A stretch of DNA of 64,000 nucleotides from Bacteroidales bacterium (GCA_030690365.1 JAUYGX010000142.1:12888-76887); one strand, 5' to 3'. Positions 1 to 11,186 are shown, numbered from the stretch's first letter. A program made the numbers and translations. Notes: generated from the sequence alone by a model not told the origin.

Positions 1-65
1 ATTAATAAACTGATTAAATAAAACTTTTTCATAATGCTTGGTTTTAATTAGAAATATGTGATGTC

Positions 66-1280
66 CTATTTTTTGCTCTTTTTGAGAAGTTTACCTGATA
101 TTAAGATGCTATTAGCAGACTTTATTAAATAAATATAAATTCCTGGTTGGAGGTTACCCAGGTTGTGAATCATATAAGTCAGGGGTTGAATATTTTTTGA
201 ATAGACCTTTTTGCCTGTAATTTCAAATATCTCAAACGTTACAGGTTGTCCATTTGATGTTTTTAATTCGGCTACCGAAATAAAAAGTTGATTATCGAAT
301 GGGTTCGGAAACAATGTTGGAATAATGTTTAAACCATATTCATTAATTTCAACCAATATTCCGCCCACGGTAGTTTTATAAATGTTACCTATCCCCTCAA
401 TACAATAACCAACATCCTCATTGTACATTTCTATGTTATCGTATTCACCTTCTTTTTCCATCCAGTTATAACCACCATCTGTAGTTGTACAGAGTTTTCC
501 ATAATCAGCCAAAGCACTATAAGCAACATAATAACCGGTGTCGTTATTCATAAATTGCAATTGGCTTTGACCATATCTATCTATTGTTTCATTAGGTATA
601 ACCGTCCAATCCTCACCTGCATTTTCCGTTTTATACAAATTATGTCCCACAATAAAACCAGTGTCTGCATTAATAAAGGAACAATAATCTATCCAATCGC
701 CATATACATCACTTAACTGGGACCAGGAATCTCCACTGTCTATGGTCTTAAGTACACCACCCCAATGCGTTATATAGCCAATATGTGAATTTATCATTTG
801 AATATGAGTTACTTGAAAAGCATCTGGATAATAATAATTCCAGGAAGCTCCTCCATCATAGGTTCGCATAATTATATCACCATGATTAGAATAATTCCCA
901 ATAATCCAGCCTGTATCGGGGCTAATAAAGTCTAGTTCAAAAAAATGAGCTGTTGTATCCTGTGAAACTTGTTCCCATGAATTGCCGTAGTCTTCAGTTT
1001 TAAGAATAATATTTGACCTGCCAAGTATATATCCAATCTGGGATGTTGGGAAGTTTACGTCGTCAAAGAAAATATCATCACAATTGTAATTTATATTAGT
1101 CCAGGTAGTACCGCCATCAATTGTCCTGATGGCACATTGATTTCCTACAGCATAAACAATATCAGGATGTACAACATCGAGGGCAATTATGGGCTTTTCG
1201 TTAACATAGATAAGATTCCATTGTGAAAATGCACATAATGGTAATGTAAATAATGTAATAAATATTAGCCTTTTCATCAT
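66..1280 (-). CDS. Secreted BNR/Asp-box beta-propeller protein with T9SS C-terminal sorting domain
   Basis: 404-aa ORF with a signal peptide (MMKRLIFITLFTLPLCAFSQ). Repeated Asp-box-like motifs: DGGTTWT, DYGNSWE, DGGASW, DSGDSW, NAGEDW, DGGYNW. The C-terminal ~80 aa resembles a T9SS CTD (FPNPFDNQLFI...GIYIYLIKS...KLLKK). Confidence 0.7.
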   Translation of the reverse strand: MMKRLIFITLFTLPLCAFSQWNLIYVNEKPIIALDVVHPDIVYAVGNQCAIRTIDGGTTWTNINYNCDDIFFDDVNFPTSQIGYILGRSNIILKTEDYGNSWEQVSQDTTAHFFELDFISPDTGWIIGNYSNHGDIIMRTYDGGASWNYYYPDAFQVTHIQMINSHIGYITHWGGVLKTIDSGDSWSQLSDVYGDWIDYCSFINADTGFIVGHNLYKTENAGEDWTVIPNETIDRYGQSQLQFMNNDTGYYVAYSALADYGKLCTTTDGGYNWMEKEGEYDNIEMYNEDVGYCIEGIGNIYKTTVGGILVEINEYGLNIIPTLFPNPFDNQLFISVAELKTSNGQPVTFEIFEITGKKVYSKNIQPLTYMIHNLGNLQPGIYIYLIKSANSILISGKLLKKSKK

Positions 1281-1750
1281 GTTAGTATTTAATGATTGAA
1301 ATATTTAGGTACTACAAATATTGATAGTTAATGCTTATCATGGGGTATGTAATCAACCCTCCTTGTTGTAAAAAATTGATTTGCAAATCAATAAATTACA
1401 AATTCGCGATATTGTCAAAAGAAAATTTTGGCCGCAAGAAATTTTCCCACGGCTAGGGTATGATAAACTTATTCTTGCCAAGAATAAAAATTGTTTTGAT
1501 CCTGAAAGATAGTGTGCCTGTTCTAATATTAAAACAGGTCTCATAGCCGTCTATTACGTAAAAGCCCTCTCCCGGATATAAATTGGAGGGGGTCGGTGGG
1601 GCGGTAATACGCTTAACTACTATTAGTTGCGTTTTCATATATTTTTTCCGGCTAACGCTTTCCTGTGTTCTCAAGTAAGGATTAACCAAAAATACACAAA
1701 TATTTTAATAGAAGCTATCTGATTTGAAAAAAACGATATTTTTTTTCTCC

Positions 1751-2094
1751 TTACAATTTCACCCACTTCCCCTTTTTAAACACCTGATCATAGTCATAAA
1801 TCCGGTAGAAATAAAACCCTGAGGGAAGGTGTGTCAGGGTAAAAATAAATAATCAGATTTATTGTTGCCAATCGTTTTTTGTTTGCTCCCAAACAATACA
1901 AAATGGCCATTGTCAAGTTCCTTAACAACCTGAAAGTTTCCCTCGTGATAATTCAGCCCCATACTTACTATCTGATCCCAAAGGTAGTTCCCGTTGCCAT
2001 CAACCTTAACAAACGAGGGTAGGTGAACCCCGGCAATATTATCGGAAAAACCTGCTGAAAGAAAACCTTCAGACATTTTAATAAAGTTTTTCAT
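1751..2094 (-). pseudogene. Frameshifted remnant of a T9SS-sorted protein
   Basis: The 86-aa ORF 1834..2094 stops at ...SDYLFLP*. A shifted frame continues as FTLTHLPSGFYFYRIYDYDQVFKKGKWVKL* (stop at 1751-1753), which is the typical end of a T9SS C-terminal domain. The combined length is far too short for a normal cargo protein. Confidence 0.35.
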
Positions 2095-2197
2095 AGTAAT
2101 GCTTTAAGGGTTAGAGTTAAATTTAAAACATCCCGCTCTTTCAATTGCCTTATGGTTGTAAGTTAATTACGCTGGTAAACTTTCAATCCAACAACTC

Positions 2198-2698
2198 CTA
2201 AAGCACCCAAACCGGATCTTTGGTGGTATAATCCAATAACTTAGTTCCCAGTTGAGTAGCCAGTTTTGTTGCCGCTTCCACCGCCATTTCCTTATCCTTA
2301 AAAATGCCCACCGGTATTTGCTGGTGGTTTCCATGCACAATCACCACCTTAATATGCTCATCAAGGGTATTGCCATGAATGCTCAGCATCCACGCCTCCT
2401 GGTTAACCCGTTCATTAAAAATGGTTATGTATTCAATTTCAGGCAGGGGTTTCCATTTTCCCATGAAAATGGTAAAGATTGAGGTATACGACCGAAACTG
2501 CCGTTCCTTAATCCGGATTTCAATGCCTTCACGGAATAATGCCAGCGCTATACCTGCAATAAACAGGATCAACCCGATCGGATTCAATTTCCAGAGCATA
2601 AAACCACCGGCCAGGGTTAGCAACACACCTATAAACCTGTATTGTGGCATGTTTACTTCACTAAATTGTTTGCGGTAAAGTTCTCCTGAATGTGTCAT
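2198..2698 (-). CDS. Hypothetical membrane protein (two N-terminal TM helices plus soluble C-domain)
   Basis: 166-aa ORF with hydrophobic segments FIGVLLTLAGGFMLW and GLILFIAGIALALF. I recognise no family. The start may be the internal MPQYRF. Confidence 0.45.
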   Translation of the reverse strand: MTHSGELYRKQFSEVNMPQYRFIGVLLTLAGGFMLWKLNPIGLILFIAGIALALFREGIEIRIKERQFRSYTSIFTIFMGKWKPLPEIEYITIFNERVNQEAWMLSIHGNTLDEHIKVVIVHGNHQQIPVGIFKDKEMAVEAATKLATQLGTKLLDYTTKDPVWVL

Positions 2699-2787
2699 CT
2701 GCTATAATTTTGCAACCTGTTACAAAGATATTAAAACTACTCAGAAGTCAATCAGGAAAGCAACATACCTGATCAGCAGAAATTTGC

Positions 2788-2795
2788 TAATTTTG
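2788..2795 (+). promoter_or_regulatory. Bacteroidetes-type -7 promoter box (TAATTTTG) for prfC
   Basis: Matches the TAnnTTTG consensus, 19 nt upstream of the prfC ATG (2815). Confidence 0.45.
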
Positions 2796-2814
2796 CAAAC
2801 TTTTTCCATAGCAT

Positions 2815-4389
2815 ATGAATATTCAGAAAGAAATAAACCGCCGCCGTACTTTTGCCATTATCAGCCACCCCGATGCGGGTAAAACGACCCTGACCGAGAA
2901 ACTGTTGCTTTTTGGCGGTGCCATTCAGGTGGCAGGGGCCGTAAAATCGAATAAAATTAAAAAAACGGCTACTTCCGACTGGATGGAAATAGAGCGCCAG
3001 CGTGGCATTTCGGTGGCCACTTCCGTGATGGGTTTTGAATACAACGACATCAAAATCAACATCCTCGACACTCCCGGTCACCAGGACTTCGCCGAAGATA
3101 CCTTTAGAACACTCACCGCAGTGGACAGTGTAATTGTGGTGATCGACGTGGCCAAAGGTGTGGAACCCCAGACCGAAAAACTGGTGGAAGTGTGTCGGAT
3201 GCGGAAAACGCCTACCATTGTTTTTATCAACAAAATGGACCGTCCCGGTAAAGATGCCTTTGAATTGCTGGATGAAATTGAAAAAAAACTTCAACTTCGG
3301 GTAACGCCTCTCAGCTGGCCCATCAATATGGGAACCAATTTTAAAGGCGTCTACAATATTTTTTCACAGAATTTGAACTTGTTTACCCCCAACAAACAAA
3401 CCATTCAGGAAGGCATCGAAATAAGCGACATCAACAGTCCCGAACTGGACAAATATTTACCCAAAGATGCCAATAAACTGCGTGAGGAAGTGGATCTGGC
3501 TGCAGGTGTTTATCCCCCCATGGATGTGCAGCAATACCTGGACGGAGATTTGTCGCCGGTATTTTTTGGGAGTGCCCTGAACAATTTTGGGGTGAAAGAA
3601 TTGTTGGACAATTTTATTTCCTTCGCACCTACTCCCCGCGGAAAAGACAGCGACGTGCGTCATGTAAACCCTGACGATGAAGCGTTTACCGGATTTGTAT
3701 TTAAAATCCATGCCAACATGGATCCCAACCACCGCGACCGCATCGCTTTTGTGAGGGTAGTTTCAGGGGTTTTTCTGCGCAATACCAACTACTTGCATGT
3801 GAGGCTCAACAGGAAGCTGAAGTTTGCCAGTCCCACAGCGTTTATGGCACAAAAGAAAAGTGTGGTAGACGAGATGTTCCCGGGCGATATCGTGGGTTTG
3901 CACGACACAGGCAATTTCAAAATCGGGGATACGCTCACCGAAGGTGAAATCCTGAACTACAAAGGCATCCCCAGCTTTTCGCCCGAATTGTTCAAATACA
4001 TTGAAAATGCGGATCCTTTAAAATCGAAACAACTTGCCAAAGGCATCGACCAGTTGATGGACGAAGGAGTGGCACAGCTTTTTACCGGGAAACACACCGG
4101 ACGAAAAATTATTGGTACCGTAGGCGCTTTGCAATTTGAAGTAATTCAGTATCGCCTGGAGCATGAATACAATGCCAAATGCCGCTACGAACACATTACC
4201 TTGTACAAAACAGCCTGGTTTACCAGCAAAAACAAAGCCCAGCTTGATGATTTCCGTGCCAGGAAAGCCAACCAGATAGCTCTGGACAAAGAAGGGCGGG
4301 AGGTGTTTTTAGCCGATTCTCAATTTTCGCTGCAAATGGCCCAGGATAAATACAAGGATATTCAATTCCACTTTACATCGGAATTCTAG
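2815..4389 (+). CDS. prfC: Peptide chain release factor 3
   Basis: 524 aa. N-terminus is [29 protein letters not shown] (GTPase P-loop), with DTPGHQDF and NKMD G-motifs. The length and overall pattern are typical of RF3. Confidence 0.95.
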   Translation: MNIQKEINRRRTFAIISHPDAGKTTLTEKLLLFGGAIQVAGAVKSNKIKKTATSDWMEIERQRGISVATSVMGFEYNDIKINILDTPGHQDFAEDTFRTLTAVDSVIVVIDVAKGVEPQTEKLVEVCRMRKTPTIVFINKMDRPGKDAFELLDEIEKKLQLRVTPLSWPINMGTNFKGVYNIFSQNLNLFTPNKQTIQEGIEISDINSPELDKYLPKDANKLREEVDLAAGVYPPMDVQQYLDGDLSPVFFGSALNNFGVKELLDNFISFAPTPRGKDSDVRHVNPDDEAFTGFVFKIHANMDPNHRDRIAFVRVVSGVFLRNTNYLHVRLNRKLKFASPTAFMAQKKSVVDEMFPGDIVGLHDTGNFKIGDTLTEGEILNYKGIPSFSPELFKYIENADPLKSKQLAKGIDQLMDEGVAQLFTGKHTGRKIIGTVGALQFEVIQYRLEHEYNAKCRYEHITLYKTAWFTSKNKAQLDDFRARKANQIALDKEGREVFLADSQFSLQMAQDKYKDIQFHFTSEF

Positions 4390-4812
4390 TCTATCTGAAA
4401 ACTTTCCAAAAGTTTGGAACTTTGGAAAAGTCAATATTATGGATTGAAATTAATCAGGTTGTTGCGATAAATATTCCACTATCGTCTTGCGTTTAATTAT
4501 GTTTTCTCCAGAGGTTACTGTGTGGAAATAAATAACAGTAGACAATAAACCACAGGTCATAAAAAGTACAGAATACATTTCTCGCTTATTGAGCTGATAT
4601 ACAAAGAACTCAATTCAAATTCTTTCATCTGAGTTATTCTGCGAAATCCTGGTAGCAAGACATTTATTATACTTGCGGAATGTAGGTTTATTTTCATGGT
4701 TTTCCCTCAAAACAATGTCTCAAATCCCGAACAATAGGAAACTTTTGCAACAGTTTGTTTGACATGGTTACCACATTAACAAACATTAGAAAGATATATT
4801 ACAGATTCAACT

Positions 4813-4820
4813 TATATTTG
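4813..4820 (+). promoter_or_regulatory. -7 promoter box (TATATTTG) for the lptF/G-like gene
   Basis: TAnnTTTG match 26 nt upstream of the ATG at 4847. Confidence 0.4.
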
Positions 4821-4846
4821 CACGGCAATAAACTTTTAAAACACGA

Positions 4847-6295
4847 ATGAAAAAACTGTACTCCTATATGCTCAAGCAATATCTGGGGCCATTTGTGTTT
4901 ACTTTTTTTATAGCCTTGTTTATTCTCCTGCTTCAATTTTTGTGGAAATACATCGACGACCTGGTTGGTAAAGGCCTGGAATGGTATATTATTGCCAAAT
5001 TGATGTTTTATGCCTCCTCTACTTTTGTTCCACTCGCATTGCCTTTAGCCATTTTGCTTTCATCGTTAATGACCTTTGGCAACCTGGGCGAACAATATGA
5101 GCTGGTTGCCATGAAAGCAGCCGGTATTTCGCTGCGAAAAGCCATGAAACCGCTGGTATATTTATCAGTATTCCTCAGTATCGCAGCCTTCCTGTTTTCA
5201 AATTATGTACTTCCGGTGGCCAACTTAAAATTTGGTTCGTTGCTATATGATGTCCGTCAGCAGAAGCTGGCTTTTAATCTCACCGAAGGCATTTATTACC
5301 AGGGCATTGAAAATTATGTGATTAGGGCAGGAAGAAAGGATAAAGACAACAAAACCATTTACGACATCACCATTTACGACCACACCAACCGCATGGGAAA
5401 TACCATCGTAACCACAGCGGAAAAAGGGTATATGGAAATGTCACCCGACAAAAAAATGATTATTTTCACTCTGTTTGACGGTACCCGCTACGCCGATATT
5501 ACCAACATAGCCAATTACCGTAAAACCAGGCCCTTTGAATCTACCAAATTTGATAAACAGATTCTCACCTTCGACCTAACGGAATTCCAACTGAACAGAA
5601 CCAACGAGGACCTGTTTAAGTCGCATTATACCATGTTAAACATTCAGCAGCTCAATGAGGCCATCGATTCGCTCAGCACTAAACGCAACGAAGCACTGCA
5701 ACGGTATAAAACCAATTTTGTAAAACGATATCCCATAATTCAGGTAAGGGATAGTTTGCACGATAAACCATCCGCACCGGCCAAAATCATTACTCAAAGG
5801 CAAGCCGACACCATGCAACTTGCTGTATTGAAGGATTATTCATACGAAGATCAGAACACCATTCTTGATGCCGCCTTAAAAGGCGCACGGGCTGCCAAAG
5901 ACAACCTTATCCACTACAGGGAGGATATTAAATCGCGCGAAGCGAATATGATCAAACATGAAGTGGTATGGCACCAAAAGTTTAAATTAAGTATTGCCTG
6001 CCTGATCTTTTTCTTCATCGGAGCACCACTGGGTGCCATTATCCGAAAAGGAGGACTCGGACTGCCCGTAGTGGTTTCGGTGTTGTTTTTCGTTATGTAC
6101 CACATCATCTCCATTACCGGGGAAAAAGCCGTTAAAACCGGCGAATGGAATGTGGATATTGGAATTTGGCTGTCAACGCTGGTGATATTGCCGCTGGGAT
6201 TGTTCTTAACCTTCAAAGCCACCACCGATGCTCAGTTAATGGACACCGAAAGCTGGCAGAAATTTTTCAAACGCTTACATTTCAAAAAGAAGTAA
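4847..6295 (+). CDS. LptF/LptG-family (YjgP/YjgQ) LPS export permease
   Basis: 482 aa. N-terminus is LKQYLGPFVFTFFIALFILLLQFLWKYIDDLVGKG, followed by ELVAMKAAGIS, a large periplasmic insert, and C-terminal TM helices. This is typical YjgP/YjgQ architecture. Confidence 0.85.
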   Translation: MKKLYSYMLKQYLGPFVFTFFIALFILLLQFLWKYIDDLVGKGLEWYIIAKLMFYASSTFVPLALPLAILLSSLMTFGNLGEQYELVAMKAAGISLRKAMKPLVYLSVFLSIAAFLFSNYVLPVANLKFGSLLYDVRQQKLAFNLTEGIYYQGIENYVIRAGRKDKDNKTIYDITIYDHTNRMGNTIVTTAEKGYMEMSPDKKMIIFTLFDGTRYADITNIANYRKTRPFESTKFDKQILTFDLTEFQLNRTNEDLFKSHYTMLNIQQLNEAIDSLSTKRNEALQRYKTNFVKRYPIIQVRDSLHDKPSAPAKIITQRQADTMQLAVLKDYSYEDQNTILDAALKGARAAKDNLIHYREDIKSREANMIKHEVVWHQKFKLSIACLIFFFIGAPLGAIIRKGGLGLPVVVSVLFFVMYHIISITGEKAVKTGEWNVDIGIWLSTLVILPLGLFLTFKATTDAQLMDTESWQKFFKRLHFKKK

Positions 6296-6298
6296 GAC

Positions 6299-7528
6299 AT
6301 GCCTGAAGATTTGACCTTATCCGAAACAAAGCCTTTAAGCATCCTATTTATCTGCAATAAGTCTCCCTGGCCTGCGCGGGAAGGAGGACCTATTGCCATG
6401 AACAACCTGATCGAGGGATTGGCCGATGCTGGTCACCTGGTAAAGGTACTGGCTATCAACACCAACAAATATTCGGTAAAGCCGGCAGATATTCCGGCAG
6501 AATACCACGATAAAACCCATATCGAACTGGACTACATCGACTTATCCATCAAACCGGTGGCCGCTTTCCTCAACCTTTTCACTGCCAAATCATATCATGT
6601 GGAGCGGTTTATTTCCAACGATTTCGATCGGAAACTTCGGGAAGTGCTGACGCGCGATTGCTACGACATCGTTCAGATAGAAACCTTGTTTATGTCGCCT
6701 TATTTGTCCACAATTCGGGAATTGTCGTCGGCTAAAATTGTGTTGCGTGCCCATAACATAGAGCACAGAATCTGGAAACGGGTGGCTTCCATTTCGAAAA
6801 ACCTGTTAAAAAAGGTGTACCTCAATCACCTTAGTTCTACGCTGGAGCGATACGAAAAAGAGATTATCAAAGATTACGATGGCGTGGTGCCCATTTCCTC
6901 CTTTGATGCCCCTTTTTTTACAAATCATACCAACCATCCGGTGATGGCCCTGCCAACCGGTATCGACCCCAACCGGATTCCCGAAATCAAAACCGGAGAA
7001 ACGGAACATGCCTTGTTCCACATCGGGGCCATGAATTGGATGCCCAACGAAGAAGGAATAAAATGGTTTATCGATCAGGTTTGGCCCGAAGTACATGCAG
7101 AACTTCCTGATTTGAAGCTCTATATCGCAGGTCGGGAAATGCCATCCTGGCTCAGCAATTTACATTCCAACCAAATTGAGGTGGTAGGAGAAGTAGAAGA
7201 TGCCTGGGAATTCATACAATCCAAATCCATTTTGATAGCACCTCTTTTCTCGGGAAGTGGCATCCGGATCAAGATTATCGAGAGTATGGCTATGGGAAAA
7301 GTCGTGATTTCGACCACCATCGGTGCCGAAGGAATTAACTACACGAATGGCTTAAACATTCTGATTGCGGACGATGCCACTGAATTTGCCGAAGCCGTCA
7401 AAAAGCTTTATTGTGATCCCGGGAAAACGAAAGCAATCGGAATGGAAGCGCAAAAACTCATCCGCAGAGACCACAATACTCCAAAAATTATTGAGCAATT
7501 GGTTGGCTTCTATCGCAATATTTTATGA
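6299..7528 (+). CDS. Glycosyltransferase family 4 (GT-B fold)
   Basis: 409 aa. N-terminal GT4 region is ILFICNKSPWPAREGGPIAMNNLIEGLADAGH. The C-terminus has the E-x7-E-like region (SGIRIKIIESMAMGKVVIST). It starts 4 nt after the preceding gene. Confidence 0.8.
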   Translation: MPEDLTLSETKPLSILFICNKSPWPAREGGPIAMNNLIEGLADAGHLVKVLAINTNKYSVKPADIPAEYHDKTHIELDYIDLSIKPVAAFLNLFTAKSYHVERFISNDFDRKLREVLTRDCYDIVQIETLFMSPYLSTIRELSSAKIVLRAHNIEHRIWKRVASISKNLLKKVYLNHLSSTLERYEKEIIKDYDGVVPISSFDAPFFTNHTNHPVMALPTGIDPNRIPEIKTGETEHALFHIGAMNWMPNEEGIKWFIDQVWPEVHAELPDLKLYIAGREMPSWLSNLHSNQIEVVGEVEDAWEFIQSKSILIAPLFSGSGIRIKIIESMAMGKVVISTTIGAEGINYTNGLNILIADDATEFAEAVKKLYCDPGKTKAIGMEAQKLIRRDHNTPKIIEQLVGFYRNIL

Positions 7529-7597
7529 TTTTTGCACTGAATTGTAGTTGGTGGCAGATGAACTCCTTTTATTGCCACAATTAATGAATAAACGATT

Positions 7598-8767
7598 ATG
7601 CGTATTTTTATTCTGCTTTCCAGAATTCCCTATCCACTTGAAAAAGGCGATAAACTTAGGGCTTTCCATCAGATAAAAGAATTGTCGAAGAACAATGAGA
7701 TCATCCTGTGCGCATTAAATCCGGTTTCAAAAATCGACAAACAAAAGGCTTTCAGCAGCTTGCAACCTTATTGTCGGTCGATCAATTTTTTAGACCTTCC
7801 CCTTCATGGCCGATTGATTAACATGGCACGTGCCTTTTTTTCCAAACTACCTTTTCAATCGGGATTTTTCTATAACCGATCCGCTGCACGCGAGATACAG
7901 CGCTTGATCAAGGAATACAAACCCGACCACATTTATTGCCAGTTGATCAGGACGGCTGAATACGTTAAAAATATCCCCATTAAAAAGACGATTGATTATC
8001 AGGATGTTTTTTCGCACGGAATGAAGAGGAGGATCGCCACTTCGCCGTTTTTTTTTCGTCCTTTCGTTAAACTGGAATTCAACCGACTTTACAATTACGA
8101 ATCGCATGTATTCGATCTTTTCGACCACCACACCATTATTTCTATTCCCGACCGGGATCTGATTCCGCATCAGGACAAAAACCGCATCAAAGTGGTACTC
8201 AACGGGGTAGACCATGAATTTTTTAAACCACAGCAAAAGGAGAAAACAACCGATGTGGTTTTCACCGGAAACATGGCTTATCCGCCCAATGTGGATGCCG
8301 CTGTTTTTTTGGCCAAAGAAATTATGCCACTGGTGTGGAAAGCCATTCCGGAAGCCACCTTGTTGTTGGCCGGAGCAAGCCCCGATCATCGGGTGACCGC
8401 GCTAAAATCTGACAAAGTAAAGGTCAGTGGCTGGATGGACGACATCCGGGAGGCTTACGCCACATCGCGCGTTTTTATCGCGCCCATGCGAATTGGAACC
8501 GGACTTCAGAATAAATTGCTGGAAGCCATGTCGATGAAACTCCCGACCATCACCACTCCATTGGCAAACAGTGCGTTGAACGCAATAGAAAACAAGGAAA
8601 TACTTGTGGGCGATGAGGCAGCATCGTTGGCTGATCACCTGATCAATTTACTCACCAACCAGGAACTCTATTCAAAAATTGCCGAAAACGGTCACCAATT
8701 TGTATTGAAAAATTATAACTGGGAGGAAGCTACCCACCAACTGGAAGACTTACTAAACGCTGACTAA
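7598..8767 (+). CDS. Glycosyltransferase family 4 (GT-B fold)
   Basis: 389 aa. Contains GNMAYPPNVDAAVFLAKEI and GTGLQNKLLEAMSMKLPTITT, which are typical of the GT1/GT4 C-terminal domain. Confidence 0.8.
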   Translation: MRIFILLSRIPYPLEKGDKLRAFHQIKELSKNNEIILCALNPVSKIDKQKAFSSLQPYCRSINFLDLPLHGRLINMARAFFSKLPFQSGFFYNRSAAREIQRLIKEYKPDHIYCQLIRTAEYVKNIPIKKTIDYQDVFSHGMKRRIATSPFFFRPFVKLEFNRLYNYESHVFDLFDHHTIISIPDRDLIPHQDKNRIKVVLNGVDHEFFKPQQKEKTTDVVFTGNMAYPPNVDAAVFLAKEIMPLVWKAIPEATLLLAGASPDHRVTALKSDKVKVSGWMDDIREAYATSRVFIAPMRIGTGLQNKLLEAMSMKLPTITTPLANSALNAIENKEILVGDEAASLADHLINLLTNQELYSKIAENGHQFVLKNYNWEEATHQLEDLLNAD

Positions 8768-8786
8768 CCCGCTAAATAACTGTGCC

Positions 8787-9371
8787 ATGCTGAAAGATCT
8801 CGTCATAAAAAACAGAAGTTACCGCAAGTTTCATTTTGATAAAAAAGTAAGTGTTGAAGCATTGCGTCAACTCGTGGATTTGGCTCGGTTAACGCCGTCC
8901 TCAAAAAACAGGCAGCCTTTGAAATATGTTCTGGTTACTGAGGACCCCGACGCAAACTTTGTTTTTAAGCACCTGAAGTGGGCCTGGTTTTTAAAGGATT
9001 GGAGTGGCCCTACGCCGCAGGAACAACCGCCTGCCTACATTATTCTTGCGTTGGATAAAACCATCAACGAACAAGCCGATATTGATGCAGGAATTGTGAG
9101 CCAAACCATTCTACTGGGCGCTACCGAAATGGATATGGGTGGTTGCATCATCCGTACAGTGAACCGTTACGAACTCAAGAAATATTTTCAACTCCCTGAA
9201 TCGCATGAGATTATCTTGGTGATTGCCATCGGATTTCCAAACCAGGACGTCAGAATTAGTGAAGTCAACGAAGACAGCAACACCCAATATTTTGAGGAAG
9301 AAGGTGGCCGCCATGTGGTACCCAAGCGTTCGCTGGATGAACTTATAATTCTGCCCGCGAGCAAAATCTGA
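8787..9371 (+). CDS. Nitroreductase-family flavoprotein
   Basis: 194 aa. N-terminus is RSYRKFHFDKKVSVEALRQLVDLARLTPSSKNRQPLKY, the classic nitroreductase N-terminal signature. Confidence 0.8.
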   Translation: MLKDLVIKNRSYRKFHFDKKVSVEALRQLVDLARLTPSSKNRQPLKYVLVTEDPDANFVFKHLKWAWFLKDWSGPTPQEQPPAYIILALDKTINEQADIDAGIVSQTILLGATEMDMGGCIIRTVNRYELKKYFQLPESHEIILVIAIGFPNQDVRISEVNEDSNTQYFEEEGGRHVVPKRSLDELIILPASKI

Positions 9372-9543
9372 AATCATCTTTTGTGTTCACATACTTGTTC
9401 AACTCACATAATATCAATGTAACATAGAAAATTTCTTTTAAATAATATTATAAGATCCGTGAAAATCTGTTTTATCGGCGTTATCTGTGTTCCATTTTAT
9501 AAACATCGAAGATGATCATGAATAATACAGGCTAGGAAATGCT

Positions 9544-9551
9544 TAATTTTG
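9544..9551 (+). promoter_or_regulatory. -7 promoter box (TAATTTTG) for hisS
   Basis: TAnnTTTG match 26 nt upstream of the ATG at 9578. Confidence 0.45.
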
Positions 9552-9577
9552 CAGCACTTTTTAAGGATTAACTCTGC

Positions 9578-10948
9578 ATGGCACAAATTATCGGTATTCC
9601 GAAAGGAACAAGGGATTTCAATCCCGATCAAATGATCAAGAGAAACTATCTCTTCGACACCATCAAAACGGTTTTTCAACAGTATGGATATCTGCCCATC
9701 GAAACGCCGGCGATGGAAAACCTAAACACCCTGATGGGAAAATATGGTGAAGAAGGCGACAAACTTTTGTTTAAAGTACTCAACTCCGGGAATTACCTGG
9801 CCAAGGTGAATCCCGACATGATGGGTGAAGAATCGCTGGGGAAAATCACTACCCGGATTTCTGAAAAAGGCCTGCGTTACGACCTCACCGTGCCCTTTGC
9901 CCGATTTGTGGTGCAACACCGCAACGACATCACTTTTCCGTTTAAACGCTATCAGATTCAGCCGGTTTGGCGTGCCGACAAACCCCAGAAAGGTCGTTAC
10001 CGTGAGTTTTTTCAATGCGATGTGGACGTCATCGGGAGCCGTTCGCTTTTGAATGAAGTAGAGCTGGTACGCATGATCGATGATGTGTTTAAGAAACTCA
10101 ACATCCAAATCGTGATCAAACTCAACAACCGTAAAATCCTGAGTGGCATTGCCCAGACCATCGAAAAACCAGAAATGCTCACGGACCTGACCACCGCCAT
10201 CGACAAACTGGATAAAATTGGGCTGGAAAAGGTTTATGAAGAGCTCCGGCAAAAAGGATTTTCCAAAGAAAATATCGATCAACTGGCTCCGATTATTAAT
10301 TTACAAGGCGATAACGACCAAAAGCTGGAAGCCCTACAGAAACTGATCGGACATACCATAGAAGGCAGCCTGGGAGTTGCAGAGCTTAAAAAAGTACTTC
10401 AACACCTGGGCACACTCAACATCAAAGCCAAAGTGGAACTGGATCAATCGTTGGCCAGGGGGTTAAATTATTACACAGGCGCCATTATTGAAGTCAAAGC
10501 ACAGGATGTTCAAATCGGAAGCATCTGTGGTGGTGGTCGTTATGATGACCTAACCAGTATTTTTGGACTTGATGGCATGTCGGGGGTTGGTGTTTCGTTT
10601 GGTGCCGATCGCATTTATGATGTGATGGAGGAATTGGATCTTTTTCCGGAAAACGTACACAACACCACCCAGGTACTGCTGGTAAATTTTGGAGAGGAGG
10701 AAGCCAAATACAGCTTGTTATTGCTCGAAAGTATTCAACAGGCAGGTATCAAAGCTGAATTGTATCCTGATAGCGATAAGCTGAAAAAACAGATGAAATA
10801 TGCCGACCAAAAAGGCATTCCATTGGTTTTGTTGGTGGGAGAAGAGGAAATTAAATCAGGAAGTTACAACCTGAAACACATGAAAAACGGCTTGCAGGAA
10901 AATGTCACCCTCAAACAACTCATCAAAATAATTAACATCAGTCTTTGA
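9578..10948 (+). CDS. hisS: Histidine--tRNA ligase
   Basis: 456 aa. Contains [53 protein letters not shown] (class II motif 2) and GGGRYDDL (motif 3). Confidence 0.95.
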   Translation: MAQIIGIPKGTRDFNPDQMIKRNYLFDTIKTVFQQYGYLPIETPAMENLNTLMGKYGEEGDKLLFKVLNSGNYLAKVNPDMMGEESLGKITTRISEKGLRYDLTVPFARFVVQHRNDITFPFKRYQIQPVWRADKPQKGRYREFFQCDVDVIGSRSLLNEVELVRMIDDVFKKLNIQIVIKLNNRKILSGIAQTIEKPEMLTDLTTAIDKLDKIGLEKVYEELRQKGFSKENIDQLAPIINLQGDNDQKLEALQKLIGHTIEGSLGVAELKKVLQHLGTLNIKAKVELDQSLARGLNYYTGAIIEVKAQDVQIGSICGGGRYDDLTSIFGLDGMSGVGVSFGADRIYDVMEELDLFPENVHNTTQVLLVNFGEEEAKYSLLLLESIQQAGIKAELYPDSDKLKKQMKYADQKGIPLVLLVGEEEIKSGSYNLKHMKNGLQENVTLKQLIKIINISL

Positions 10949-11016
10949 TAATTATGGTTCTGCAATAATGTTATTGGTTAATTCAGTTGGCGCACAGACA
11001 AAAGTATGCTGATAGT

Positions 11017-11084
11017 GGGAAGTCCGAAGTTGGAAGTTGGAAGCGGGAAGCCAGACCCCGATAACCATCGGGGGAAGTCGGAAG
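11017..11084. repeat. Degenerate GGAAG(Y)(Y)GGAAG simple repeat with embedded hairpin
   Basis: Sequence reads gggaagtccgaagttggaagttggaagcgggaag ... ggggaagtcggaag. The hairpin ccccgat-aacc-atcgggg lies at 11056..11073. The stretch is G-rich and sits in an otherwise AT-rich spacer. Confidence 0.6.
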
Positions 11085-11186
11085 ATAAGCATCTATTAAA
11101 AATCAATATCATTTGAAAAGAATACTATTACATAAAAGAGTAGGCCGCGACAGTTTCCCCCTTCAGGGGAATAAGGGGGTAAAAAC

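Noticed and set aside
1353-1689. Two overlapping ORFs of 63 and 78 aa
   Set aside because: They overlap each other and have no signal, motif or plausible promoter. They lie in the decayed 1281..2197 region and are probably relics rather than genes.
2773-3294. 173-aa ORF antisense to prfC, and similar long shadow ORFs at 7847..8389, 9722..10282, 13458..13988, 14325..14879, 37699..38145 and 48132..48620
   Set aside because: Each lies entirely inside a confidently identified gene on the opposite strand. Their composition is odd (His/Gly/Phe/Val-rich, as expected for a reverse-complement frame) and they have no recognisable motifs.
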